Notes under the pieces: generated by a model
What the model was told of the DNA's origin: nothing
Databases searched by the model: none
What the model saw: the letters and a program-made list of their open reading frames with translations, nothing else
Assembly (NCBI GenBank): GCA_026023565.1
Contig: JAPETS010000016.1
Coordinates: 248,001-312,000 of the forward strand
Reading direction: 5' to 3'
DNA length: 64,000 nt
Origin: Cirrosporium novae-zelandiae
Taxonomy: Eukaryota
Position numbers and translations under genes: made by a program
Part shown: one piece after another, positions 23,274 to 36,319 of the stretch
How the letters are laid out: each line of letters opens with the position of its first letter
Numbering within the stretch: position 1 is the first letter of the stretch

Positions 23274-24674
23274 TCACCCAATCCACCTCCCATACTTCCC
23301 AAACTCCCCATCCCCCCTCAACCTCTCCAAATCCCCATCCCTCAAACAAACCGCTACCGAAATCTCCCCATCCACCCCCCTCGGCATCAAATACAACAAG
23401 CTCTCAACGGGAACAAATTGCGGTCTCCGCACGGATTCTGGTTTTCCCAATCCGAGGTTGAAATCGAGGTTGTAGCAGTCCAGTTTTGCCCACGAGCTGA
23501 GCGCGAGGTCGGAGGATAGGTCGAGGGTTGCTGTGATGGAGATGGTGCTTTTGTCTGGGGTGCGGTGAGTCAAGGTTGCGAGGGCGCGGGTGTTGTAGGC
23601 TAGGGTTTCGGGGGACAGAGCCGAACGGAGGTGGGATGCGATGGCGCCGAGGGGTTCCGAGACTAGCTTCTGAAGTGTGTATGTATTATACGTCATGTTC
23701 TGTACAAGTCCCGGGTACGTTTCGGGGATATTCAGACAGTGCCGTACATTGACAGCGCGAGCAAATGTTGACTCGGTTGTGGGATTTAAGCGGGGGAGGC
23801 GGGCGCGGGCGATGGATTGCCAGATAAAGGCGCTAAGGGCGTCGTCGGTGGAGATGTAGCTTGAAGGGGGGGTGAGGGTTTTTGTGGCGAGTGATTTTAG
23901 AGCGGCGAGCGAGGTAGAGTTAAAGCTGAAGTAGGCCCAGGTAGATTTTGCAGGGGGAGGTGGTGCCGGGTGGTTATTGGTGTCGTTGGAGGTGGGAGGA
24001 GATGGGGCGGGCTTCACAATCTGACGAGCGAGCTCTGGGTTTTGTTTGTAGGAGTCGTCGAGTAAAGGGATGAGGTTACCGCGGGCAAGGTTGCCGGACG
24101 ACAGTTCTTCGCTTGTGAATTGTTCATTGCGGCAAGCTTTTGAGAAGAGGTGGATGATCTGGCCTTGGCCTGTCATGTCCATCACATTGTGCTCGCCGAC
24201 AAAGGTGAGTAGGAGACCGCCGGTGATGAAATTCGCTTGGAGGAGGAAGACTGGTGCTGGGTCTGACGCGGGTTCGTCAGGGCTTCCCGGGAGGGTTCTG
24301 CGAGGTGCAATGATGGATTCGTCTAGCATGCTAAAGGGGAAGCTCGCTCGCCTGAGGGCGTCCATTGTCAGTATTAAGGGGTCATTTCTAACATCTTTCA
24401 CCACCAGAGGAGGAGTCTTTTCCAATGGTTTGATCTTCAATATGCCCGAATTGCCTTCTCCTGAACCTTCGTTAACGACCTGGCCTGCGACCCATGGAAA
24501 GCTCGTCGACAATCGTTCGAGGCCATTGGTTAACGTGTTGATGATTGCTGAATGCGAGGAAGCATCGGCCACTGGGAAGCAAAAGCATATCTGAGTATAT
24601 AGCTTGAATAATATCAATTGTCCGAGAATATCTAGTTCCTCGTCCAGGTCCTCTACAGTAGTTGATCCATGCAT
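23274..24674 (-). CDS. Trichothecene 3-O-acetyltransferase-like (TRI101/AYT1 family) transferase
   Basis: 466-aa ORF with LDILGQ...YTQI, FPWVAGQV, QANFITGGLLL, catalytic HxxxD (HNVMD), STDDALSAFIWQ and DFNLGLGKP (DFGWG-equivalent). Confidence 0.9.
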   Translation of the reverse strand: MHGSTTVEDLDEELDILGQLILFKLYTQICFCFPVADASSHSAIINTLTNGLERLSTSFPWVAGQVVNEGSGEGNSGILKIKPLEKTPPLVVKDVRNDPLILTMDALRRASFPFSMLDESIIAPRRTLPGSPDEPASDPAPVFLLQANFITGGLLLTFVGEHNVMDMTGQGQIIHLFSKACRNEQFTSEELSSGNLARGNLIPLLDDSYKQNPELARQIVKPAPSPPTSNDTNNHPAPPPPAKSTWAYFSFNSTSLAALKSLATKTLTPPSSYISTDDALSAFIWQSIARARLPRLNPTTESTFARAVNVRHCLNIPETYPGLVQNMTYNTYTLQKLVSEPLGAIASHLRSALSPETLAYNTRALATLTHRTPDKSTISITATLDLSSDLALSSWAKLDCYNLDFNLGLGKPESVRRPQFVPVESLLYLMPRGVDGEISVAVCLRDGDLERLRGDGEFGKYGRWIG

Positions 24675-26579
24675 GTTGGGTAGTTGAATCTATCTAAACA
24701 CAATACCTACAGCAGTTGATGCCTCTGCTTCTGCCAGTCGTACTAAGTCACGTCCAAATTATGGAGGAGAGTCACAGAATGAGTCGCACTTGAGCGTAAA
24801 AAACTAGGAAGATTAATGAATTAATCTAGCCTATTTTGAGTCTAAAATCTGCACATGACGCAATTCAAATCTTTACCATCGTCCTTGAGCCTTGAGCGTG
24901 CTACAGATTCCAAGCGCTACTGTGCACCTGATGTGACAAGTCGCAGTATCCTGCTCTTCGCTAGCGGTCGGTTCTAAGCACATTGGCTGGCAAGATAGTC
25001 GGGTCGTACGATATTTGACTCATAGTATAATGTGGACAAAAGCCTGCAGGACGCTGCGGTGGCCGTAATCGATTGAGAGATAGACGGGACTGTGTGAGTA
25101 GAGGAGAGAATCCAATCAAGCTCCTGTATCATGTACTTGACCTGGGGTAAATAGTGTGAATAAATAGAATGAATCTAGATTTAATTTGTCGATTGGTTTC
25201 GCGTGCGGGGAGCATTTCACCGGCTTGGCGTTTCGTCGACTTAGTTGCATATCTTCATCATTTCATTCCAAGTTCGGCACCTACATAAACAGGCATAAAC
25301 AAGTTTAAGCATGCGTGAGGATTATCGTACTCGCCCTCAATTCTATAGACAATAATCCTCGTAAATTCTTTCGATGCCTACTATTCCTCTTCGTTGACGG
25401 CTGAAGTTCCTTTTGGACTTTGCTCTATTGATGATGAGGTCTTTGTTCTTCTCGGAGCCTCTCAACTTGGCCTGCTCAAAAGATTTGTGAGTTGAGCTCT
25501 AGGTCAGCATTGGAGATTGAAGGCTGTTCTAAGACTTGGTATACCCTAACATTTCACCAACAAAGAAAGTCGGTTCTGGGTGAACGAGCCCCTCATGGTT
25601 GTTGACATGAGTAGTAGTACAGCAGCAAGGCTCCTGGTGGGTTTGAAAACTATAAACTAATATTTCACGGATGTAGGGAGAGTGAAAATGAAGACGAGGA
25701 AATAGACAACATGCTCACTGCTCCAGAAGCAGGCTGGGTGATACATATTCCTAGCATCCAACCGAGACCGTACTAAGAGGGTAGACTGATAGCGTCAAAT
25801 CATTTGATCATCAGAAAGTATAGCTATCCTGAATACCCTATAGCACTTACCACGAAAGCCCTGTGAGATGAAGACATGCGTATCACGTGGCGGGCCTATC
25901 TATAGCAATGTGTCGCTGAGCCGAGGGGAAAACATGATAGTACCAACACTAACCAGTTAATTTAAAGACGAGATCGCAAAATGTTTTGGTCAAATGTGGG
26001 TCCAAATATAGCCTAATCAAATAGCAAATACAATTGTTTGCTGATCGAAATGCGCACATTCAAGAACGTCGAGTAGGCAAAGTTATCCCAGTGGGAGGAT
26101 TGAGTGTCAATGAGCGTATTTGATATGTATTAGAAAATGAAATTGAGAGCTACGATATTGATACCGTGATTCTACAGCTCACAAGCTCTGATGTTCTTAG
26201 TTCGTCACAGCCCCGAATTAGTTTGACTTGGTGAGATAGTCAGTGCCCGGGGTGCCATCCTGCGACTTCTGAGCATCGGAGGTGTAACTCGCCAAGTTCT
26301 TCGTTGGAGTCTTGGTGTTTCGTGGAAGGAATATGATCTCTATATACACCACTAGCTTCGTAGGGGAGTTTTTCGCGACGAAGTGAATGGTAAGAATAGA
26401 ATTAATGACATACGCTGGTTATGCAAAAATGGGAACATTCGCGATGCATAGGCTACTAGACAGTCGAACAAATCAAAACTTCTGACAAGCTCCAATCAAC
26501 TCATTATTTGCAGTAAGTAGTTTTTGAGATGGCCGAATGATTGATGTCGGGAAGTACTTTACTGGGTTTCGGGTACCTG

Positions 26580-26620
26580 ATACCGAATACCGAATACCGA
26601 ATACCGAATACCGAATACCG
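26580..26620. repeat. 7-bp tandem repeat (ATACCGA) x about 6
   Basis: Direct reading of the sequence. Confidence 0.9.
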
Positions 26621-27211
26621 GGGTATCGGGGGAAATATTACCAAATCACATGATCAGGATTTTCATAATTCCGTTTCGTTGTCAAAAGGATTCCAAACCC
26701 TGACGATTTCGCCTGGGACGCAAAAAAAAGAAAAGGTAAGGCAGACTCGATTTTATTTCTTTTTTGTAATGACACCTTTGCAGGGAAAGCCCATAACAAG
26801 TCGAAGGATCATTGTGCCTCGGACCATTTTGCGTCCCTCAACTTCGCTCTAATTTACAACGCCCCAGAAGCCATCCGTGAATAGCAGCAAAACCCACAGT
26901 TTTTATCCACTTCCTCAAATCCACCATGGATTTGGTTAATTTACCAAGGAATCGCCATTTGGCGGTTGTGTTGTTCCTGACAATATTTTTCGTGTTACTT
27001 TTTTATTTGTACATGTTCCCTCGCTCACCAGAGTTGTCCATCTCCTCATATCAAGAGCCCTGGAACTGGACCTTGGGTGGTGCTATTATAAACAACGCTA
27101 CCGAGTACAGTCTGTCTCCTCCTCCTCTTTCATTTCCTTGTGAATATATTTTCGTCTGTTTGTTGTTTGTCCTATTTATTGTTTTCCACCATCATATCGT
27201 CTTTACAGGTG

Positions 27212-28273
27212 ATGATGATGCTCAATATCTTCTTCTTCCTAGCAGCACTTCTGCCCCCAAGTTTGGCTGGCATCACCGGCCCCGTCATACCTCCACACTT
27301 TGCCGATCCCTCCATAATCCTCGTCGATGGCACCTATTATGCATTCAGCAGCGGTTCCGGCAGTATCAACGTCCCGGCAGCCACATCCACAGACTTTTAC
27401 ACTTGGACCGTCTTGAATGATACCGACTTGCTGCCAAGCTTGCCAAGCTGGGCGTCGGATAACGGACAGGTGTGGGCACCAGATGTTGCACAATTGGTAC
27501 GTTTCGAACATTCTCAAGCAACATATTGGGCCTAGAGAGAGTCCCTTACTAACCCACACCCCGCACAGTCCGACAGCACCTTCATCCTCTACTTCTCTGC
27601 CACCTACGCCTCAAACGGCAGCCACCACTGCCTGGGCGCCGCGACCTCCACCTCAATCCTCGGTCCCTACACCCCCGTCTCAGACACCACACCGTTCGCC
27701 TGCCCCCTCTCCCAAGGCGGCGCCATAGACGCAAACCTCTACTACGACACGCCCACGCAATCCACCTATGTAACCTACAAAATTGACGGCAACAGCATCG
27801 GCCACGGCGGAAACTGCAACAACGGCATCGAACCCATCGTCTCCACGCCCATCATGCTCCAACAAGTCTCCACCACCGACGGGCACACAAAAATCGGCAC
27901 GGCCACACAAATCCTCGATCGTAGCGATGCCGATGGCCCCCTCGTCGAGGCCCCCGCCCTCATGCGCACGGGCTCCGGCACCTACGTACTCTTCTTCAGC
28001 AGTAATTGCTATTCCGGCTCCCTATACGATCTCTCTTACGCGACCGCCGACGCGGTCACGGGTCCCTACACGAAATCCAGCGCGCCGCTGTTCGTGACGG
28101 GCACGTATGAGAATATTAGTTTGATCTCGCCGGGGAGCTGTGATGTGTGGAACAGTGGGATGGGAGAGAATGCGAGGCTGGTGTTCCATGGGGATGTGGG
28201 GGAGGTGGATGCGTCGTTGAGGGGGATGTATATTGCGGAGATTGAGGTTGATGGGACTGAGGTTAGTATATGA
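27212..28273 (+). CDS. Secreted glycoside hydrolase family 43 (arabinanase/xylosidase-like); 2 exons
   Basis: Signal-like MMMLNIFFFLAALLPPSLA, then FADPSI, VWAPDV, intron at about 27498-27568, HCLGAATS..GPY, GGAIDA, YKIDGNS, LVEAPAL, YVLFFSSNCY and SPGSCD. Confidence 0.9.
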
Positions 28274-29298
28274 TGGTTTGGGGGGGTATGTAGTTATGTA
28301 AATATGAAATATGAATATACCGCTTTTTACTTTTTACTTTTATAACTAAATCACCTACTTGAACCAATGTTTACTATGTATAAAATGTGCAGATATTGTT
28401 TAATTTGCTAGTGTAGATATGGCAGTAGTATGGTAGTACTATCTATAGATTAGCGTCTCACAAGACAAGATAGTGTTCCGGGGGGTGGCGTGGCGTGGCG
28501 TTTTTTTACTTTTTTTTCTCCATGTGTGGGTGCGTGTAAGGTGAGTTATGGATGTGTGTGTGTGTGTGTGGGGTGGACCTTTAAACGAGAGACAAGTTGG
28601 AGTTGATCAGTCCGACCTCGGTACTTTGTCGTTAAATTGTTAGAGGTTATGGGATATGTATATGTATATATACATATAGAGATAAGATGTGACTGACTAA
28701 CTAATACTAAGAGGGGGGAATAATATTTGTCTATCTGTCTATCTATCTATCTGAATGAATGAATCAGGGAGTCTTAAAGTTTATATATATATACATGCTT
28801 GTTGTAGTTAGATATATGTTAAATTTGTTACGACGCGTAGGTAAAAGGTTATATATAGCCTTAATACCTAATAATCTAAACACTCGGACATCATCCGTTC
28901 CAGTTCCACTCAAAATAAGTGGGATATTTATTTATGTATCCTAACGTCCCTTTTTTTTAGTTTAGAGTGGTTGGCTTTATTTTTTTTTAGGGGTGATTTT
29001 ATTTAGATAGATAGGTAGGTAGGTAGGTTATGCATGTATGTAAGGGGGGTATTGGATATTATTTTTTTTCTATAGTTCTATAATGGGTGTTTGGGGTTTG
29101 GGTAATTGGGACTGATGGTACGAAGAAAAGGAAAGAAGGAGGAGGAGGTGGTGGAATAGATGGGAATAGATGGGATATCTATTTAAATTGGGGGGGGGGG
29201 GAATCTACATGCTAGTATTGCTATGAAATCCCTTGACAATGGCTTTATATCATAGTTCCTATCTACCCAAGCACGTCAGAAACGCTTTAGCGAGTTGT

Positions 29299-31064
29299 TC
29301 ATGATGTTGTCTCATTATAGGAATAAACCACAGGGCACCCGAGAGTATTGCAGTAGTCTGCAAGAGCCTCCCCGGGAACAAACGTAGCGAAGGGCGTCGA
29401 CTTCCCCAATTCGCTCCCGTCAGATGCGAGTGCCTTTGCGATCACGTAGCCTTGGTATTCGCTGGAGGTATAGTTTGTTTCGAATCCCGTTCTGTTGACG
29501 GTGCCGAGGGCGGTGAAGTTGCCTGTGCGGATATCAGAACCGTAAAATGCCCATTGGGTTACTTCTGTGGCGCCGTTCCAGGAGACGCTGATGACGGTCG
29601 GCGCGGTGGTGTTATGTGCATACGCATACACGGCTGGGGTATCGGTGGGATAGCCTGTCCAGTTAAACTTATAGGCACGGTAGTTTGTCGTTTCCCCGTT
29701 GTCGAAATCGGCGTAGAACACCAGGTTTCCGTCTTTGGTATGCTCCGAAACCACAGCATTACTTCCCCATCCAATAAAAACGTTCCCACTATCTAGCATC
29801 TGCACATTCCCTTGGCTGCCAGATAGGAGGAGCTGGGTTCCATTTGAAACAGAATACTCCTGAAGAAGCGTTGCCGTCATTGTGGAATTGTTGATGGCAA
29901 TGATTTTCCCGGCTGAGTAGTCGGTGACTGTATTGTAATCGTCCGAAGCATTGTCAAAAAGAGAGATGATTGTCGTCGTTTCGTTCTCTGACAGGAAGCG
30001 CTTCCTATAGGTCAGCATTATATTTCTTTGTTTTTGTCCAATTGACTTACAGTGTCGTGTTGATAATTGAAGGTGAAATTATCAAGTGTAAAGTCTGAAT
30101 CGACACCCCCAAGTCGCCAGATGATAGAACCATCTGCTCCAGATACTTTGAAGACGGTGCTGCAATGTCTTGACGAAATAAGATAATCGCCCTCCGAATT
30201 TTTATCAATTGCATTGAGATGGCTGCAGCACGTCAGCACATATCATTTTCACCGAGCACATAGGGGCATACAAATAATCCCACCCACTCTCCGCAGCTAA
30301 ACCATCCCCCGCAAGCATACTACCACTAGAAACATTTAGTGGAGCATATGAAGCATTTGGATAGACATGGTCGATAGATCTCCATTCAAAGATTGAATCT
30401 CCAGTAGCAATATCAATTTCCTGAACAACTCCGGACAAGAGCCAACCTTGACCATTGGTTATACCATAACTTGAAAGATCGTATCTAACTGGCAGATATG
30501 CAGATACGAGAGCAGTATTCTCAGATTCGAGGACATTAAATTCATGTCCATCCGCTGGAACATGAGCTATTGATTGAACAGAGTTGACCATCCTATAGGA
30601 ATTGTCCATGATGCCTGGTTGCCCTCTGCCATAGCCTGCTTCTGAAACGCCACGGAAATAACAAAGGTTCGCGGTACCATTGATTTTGCAAACTTGGAAG
30701 TTATTGGTATTCCCTCCACCGACAGACGCGTACCCGGTCCAGACCAAGTTCTCCTACATGTCAGTAGAGTATTAAAAGAATCATGTTTAATTGCCTACCC
30801 CTTTAGTATCGTAAATGTATGGACCTGTTTGATCATTTCCAATAGGCGCAATAAATATATATCCCGACGAGACTGAGGCATCGTCGTAGACGGTGATGTT
30901 GAGGCCGGGAACAACCAGCTCCGGTCGCTGAGGATTGAATGTCAGCCAGTTTATGCCACCTGCTTTATCTCAGCCCTAATACTCACGGAAATATAAGTAC
31001 TGGTGAAATTGGCCTCGACAAGAGCGAGGATTATCACCCAGAGAAGACAACAGCTGAACATCAT
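29299..31064 (-). CDS. Secreted arylsulfotransferase (ASST, Arylsulfotran_2-like); multi-exon
   Basis: Signal MMFSCCLLWVIILALVEA, then DGHEF, QEIDIATG..FEWRS, HLNAIDK..GDYLISSRH, IIWRLGG, QHD, SLFDNAS, SQGNVQ, VFIGWG, YRAYKFNW and SWNGATEV. Confidence 0.88.
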
Positions 31065-32561
31065 GACTGGTCTACTCGCCTTCAAGTTTGAGGGTCGTCA
31101 ACAATCAAAATTGTAGCTACTTCCCCTAACAGCAAAGGACAACTTTTGGAATACAATGAACAAAGCTCTGTTCCATATGACCAAACAGGCGTTCGAGCGC
31201 GATTTAAGAAAAAAATCAATAACCGCAATCATCATGTTATCGAATGAAAACCACGTCGCTACACCGGTATAGAATGGGTAAAATATCCTATAGTCCATCT
31301 AGTAGGTCCCATTGACGATGGGGTAGTAAAATTTCCTAATTGCATTGTACAAATTGAAGATTAGTCTCGCGGCAGTTGTAAATTGTGAGTTAATTGCGTG
31401 ATGTGAAGATGCAACGTCTATGGGTGTGGTACGACATGTAGTGACTAGACTACTAAGGCTGGGGATCCCGCAATGGTATTGGGGCGAAACAACCGCTGGT
31501 GTAAACTCAATGTCGATATCCCCCTGGCTAACGGAATATGGTAACCGCTATACCAAATATCGCTTAATGGTTACCTGAAATCGTTAAATTGTCTGTGGAG
31601 CATAGGTACAGTACAGTACTGTAACAATTCATAGTAATTAATTGTACACCAGACCATTGAATTTATATAATTCGTAGACTATAAAAGAGCCCACTACTTA
31701 TTTACTAGTAATTATCCCCTAACCCATAGAGTGTTTTATATCGTAGACAACGTAATCGATCCATTTATCCATCACACCGACACTCACCACTAAAACCATA
31801 CCTTACTACTCGAGCACCTTATTAAATAATCCAATACACACAGACCTATTCCCTAGAACTCGTAATAATATGCTTAGTATGGATTACCTCAAGCAACGTG
31901 CACCTCAGGTATTCACATCTAGATTATATTACACAGCGGTAGGTAGTTAATCATTAGATATGGTTACTGGATTGACACTCTCGCTGCAGGTATAACTTAT
32001 ATTCGCATGGCCTGCTGGGAACTCTAGATCTCAATTAACATCTACATCAGTTACACCCCCAGAGTAGGTCTAAGCCATCCAATGTTTTGTCTTAGAGACC
32101 GCAATAACCTCATACGTCATAAATCATGATTGCTTTTAATGTTGTGTAACCAGCTACATCTCCTACCTGCCTGATACCCCGTCTCCAAACAATTTAATCT
32201 GGTCTGATCTGGTCTGATCGAGTCAAGCCTGATTGTCCGCAAACTGTAATGAAATGTGTGCGCGCTCATTTCTACAGGGGATTGGAGTGTGTTGGATAGA
32301 TAGCCACATAGACTGCTCCTAAAACGCTACAGCATATACGCAGTATGAATTTAAAAACAGCAAAGGTCTTCAAACGAAACCAGTTTTCATTGCAAATCGA
32401 CTTTGCTTTCATATTTCGGGTAGGTTCTTAGGCAAAATAGGTGACCGAAGTGGCGTCAAAACGGAATTAAGAAAATAGGATCATGTGATTTAACTATTTT
32501 CGCCTATCCTACAGCAATCCTATAGCATTTCTATAGCAATTATAGAGCTCTTCTATGATTT

Positions 32562-35500
32562 TTAGGCTTTGGCGGTGGGTTGATCCGCGGTCTTGTTTAG
32601 ACCCTTTAATGAGCCAAGGCTTAGGGCGAGACCTTGGGATCGACTACGTATGCGGATAAAGCCCGTGACGGGACCGTTTTCGCCTTCTTTTTCAATAGAA
32701 AGGTTGGCTAAGGCATCCTCACCTGTAAGATGTTAGTTTTGTGACACATGGAATGAATAGATCATAAATAAAGTAACGTACCAAAAACACTCCTAGCATA
32801 AAGATTTGCACTCAAAAACTGGCAATCGCCTTGTAATGCTGTCTCGGGGGTCAAGCAGCTCATATTCGTAACAGACATAAGTTGTGATAGGAACTCCCTG
32901 AGCGTCTTGGCTTTTGAATTGATATTGATTTTGTTCTCCCATTCAAACTCGGTCCACATGGTACGGAATTGTGTTTCCGTACATTGGGCCGGTTGAATGT
33001 AATCCATAATGTCGGCATGAATATCGTTGAGGATGACGACATAGCTTTCGGTGGATGATGGGCCATCGTACACAATGTTACCAAAGATGACACCTGTGTC
33101 TGTAGATGAAACCTTTACGGTTGCTTGGACGTTGAGGAAGTCATGGGGTCCGAGGTTCTGTGTTGTAGGTCGTTCAACGACCTTGAGGTCCCCAAGAGTA
33201 GCAAATTCGACAGAAAGGTTCTGTAGTGTTTCTGTGGTTTGGTTTACTAATAAAACATCCAATACAATGTCGAATTGATGTACTTTGACATAGGCCTCGG
33301 CATAGACAGGATCGGAGAAACCGGTTAACTGAACGACTTTGCTAAGTTTGGATAGATCTTCAACGGCGCTGTCTCCACCTGTAGCCTTTTCGAGGTCAAG
33401 CTCGATTTCGTTGTCACCATCACCGTTCTTCTTTGCTAATTGCCTGATGAGGACAACATCATCCACTTGGATTGCAGACTTTGCCTTTTCGGCTGCATCC
33501 TGGGCAGCACGTTCTTTGTCGTTTAGGTTTATCATCTTCCGGAGGGCCGCTCGGGTATCTTCGAGATATGCAGTCTCCAATCCTGTTCTCTGTTCAAACT
33601 CAGCCAAAGAGCGCACACAGGTCATGATACGGTCAATGGAGTCCTCGTCGATTGGTTGTTTCACAAATTGGGATTGGCCAACCCGAATGATGGAGATCAT
33701 AATGAGCATTGCCTCTGCTTTTAGGGCATTCGTTCCTGCCTCGTCCTTGGAAATTTCCGAATACCGCATGACAAGCTTCGTAAGAGTTGACGACAAGACA
33801 CTGGCAAGATAATAGTCGCCATCAAGAATCAGCTGTCGTAATGGTGGTTTCTGTGCCGATTTCACGGCCTCTAGTTTAGCAGCTTGAGATTGGCTCGTCA
33901 ACGCACTTTCGGTAGCATATGTTCCATCAGCAAGAACCTTGCGAGACCCTGTTGGTGCCGAAGGCTTAGGCTGTCCGTTTACTTGCTCCTTGGGTTCTTC
34001 ATGACCCTCTAGCTGTTCGTCAAGCAGCCGTTGCTCTGAGCTGAGAATAGGGATTTCTCCAAGACTAGCTCGAATACGCTTCCATGCAGCACGAATATCA
34101 TGGGGTTGTAGAGAATACTCTCCAACTACCCACAAAGAACCTCTGTAGACCTTGCCAGCTCGGACTTCACTGAGTGTAGACACTAGCCTTTCGACAATGG
34201 GGTGGCGTAATTTCGGGAACTTCTCTACTACTTCCTTAACAAACTGGATGACTTCCACGGCAGATGTAGAGCCGATCTCGACAATAAAGTCCATCAAAAG
34301 GTCAACTACATTCGCTGCAACTTCTGAAAATTTAACGGCAATGCTGTGAATTGTGAGAATGAGCAATTGCCGATATTCATTATTCTAAATGATACGTCAG
34401 TCTCTGTCCTACTTCGGAGAAGAATAAAAATCCGGTACTTGCCTTTTCGTATTGGTCGTCTACGGTCTTTGATATCTCCTTCTTTAGGAGCATGACCACC
34501 TCTTCAACGTTCTTGCTTGAAACCATTTCCAGTGCGATACCGAGAGCCTTCCTCCGGACGTCGAGATCAGGGCTGGATAAAACACGGAGAATTTCCATCA
34601 CCAGGTCATCGAGAATACCTTCGTTCTTCTTTCTAAGCTGATCTACTCGATCTAGAACGATCAGTTTGACGTTGTTGTCTGCCTCCTTGATGCTGAGCTC
34701 AATAAACTTAGAAGCAGCTGCCTTTACTGCTACGGGGTTTGTGGTGAGTGATGTCAGTGAGGAGGCAGCTTCGTAGACGACCGTGCTTGCTCCGGCTTCG
34801 AGAAGATCAAAGATTAGCCGTAGGTACCGTGCCTTATTCTGTGAATTCTGGACGGCATCCTTCCGTATAAACTCAAGATCGACCAATTGAATAAGTTCGT
34901 CCGCATTTTGTATACCGTCGAAAGTAGTACTCAGATATTCCAACGCCTTTTCATGACTGATGGTACTCAGGGCAGCAAATGCGTTTCTCTTGCAGGTATG
35001 ATCACTTTCCGTACCCAGGAAAGTTTGTAACAGTTCGGGCGCATCGGGTATCAGGTGTTCGGAATGCTGAAACATGGTTGAAATGGCCCAGACAGCATTC
35101 TTTCGGACGTAAGCATGACGATGTTCAAGACATGATCTCGCGGAGGAAACGAGGGGCTCGAGGAGTTCCGCCTCCCGAAGCTTGCATAGAAAGCGCAACG
35201 TGTTACCTCGAATATACTCATTGGGATGCTGGAGGTCATTTCGAATGCCATTGCTATTCTTAAAATCAGTTACTCGATATGTCTGTTAATACAGGACCAC
35301 GTACCAGACAAGAATCACTGCAGCAGCTGTTAGTAAAGATAAGAGACTAGATATATATGGAGACACATACTTTCTTGCTTCAACTTCCCATTGGAATCCA
35401 ACTTGGGGCAAATCTCATAGTAAAAGTATAGGAGCTTCTTCAACGGTTTGCTTTTTGATGGCATAACAAACCGGATTATGTGCATAAGAAGTGAGGGCAT

Positions 35501-35659
35501 GGGGTCCCCGTTGAGCATTGCAGTAAGTATTCGTTTCATGGTTTCCTGTTTTGTCTCGTCGGTCCCCTTCTCCAGCTGCATCCTGAAATCCGACAAGCTG
35601 GGTTGATCGGCGGCATTATCGAGATGAACCAGACTGTACGAGTTTTCGAGGAAAGCCAT
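32562..35659 (-). CDS. SEC26: Coatomer subunit beta; 5 exons
   Basis: [18 protein letters not shown], a 13-nt exon 35317-35305 (M-ILVC), [41 protein letters not shown]. The last exon [11 protein letters not shown]...[14 protein letters not shown] ends in TAA at 32564-32562. Confidence 0.96.
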
Positions 35660-36319
35660 GTTGGGCAAGAGGGTCGAGAGAGTAAGGGATTATAATTCGA
35701 CTTCAAATGGTATGATTGAAATGTCGCCGGGGGGCTTCAGCGCAAGTGAAGAGATGCGGCGAAGGTAGCAGAAGGTAGGAGGTGATAGCTGTCGAGATGC
35801 GGATTGACCTAAGGCTCAAGATGCGGCATGTCTTATGTCATCAAATCATTCGTAGGGCCGGTTATCGATCTTGAACACTGTAGCTTCTTACTGTTTGGTT
35901 GTTTATTCAAACTTGGTTCCCCGTACCGTGTCTTCTTCAAGGCTTCTAGGCTCTAGTTCACTACTTAGCTGTCCGAAATGTGTTCTGTCTAAGCGAACAA
36001 GGGTGGAACCAATGGGTGATAGACACTACGGGATATCAAAGGTATGCCTCCAATCCAGTCTTTGGGAGGTCTTGGAGCGAAATTAAATTATAACCTAAAT
36101 TACCAATGTATTTAATAAAACCCGACTTTCATTCCTTAAATTTTGGAGAGGTATCTAGGTGAAATGGCAACTAAAAAACAATTCCAGCCTTGGAGCCTTG
36201 AGGGTTAGCGTATAATCGGACATTCGCTCCTCCGATGCCTTGACTTGTACTTGCACTTCCACTAATCTATCAAACTCATTTTCTTAAAGCCAACCACATA
36301 ATTAACAACAGCAAAAACA

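Noticed and set aside
18831..24674. Secondary-metabolite biosynthetic cluster
   Set aside because: No PKS, NRPS, terpene cyclase or DMATS backbone in the window. Kept only as a possible detoxification grouping.
26580..26620. Short tandem repeats (here and at 52508, 55898) as CRISPR-like or telomeric arrays
   Set aside because: No spacers, eukaryotic context, and not TTAGGG arrays. They are ordinary micro/minisatellites.
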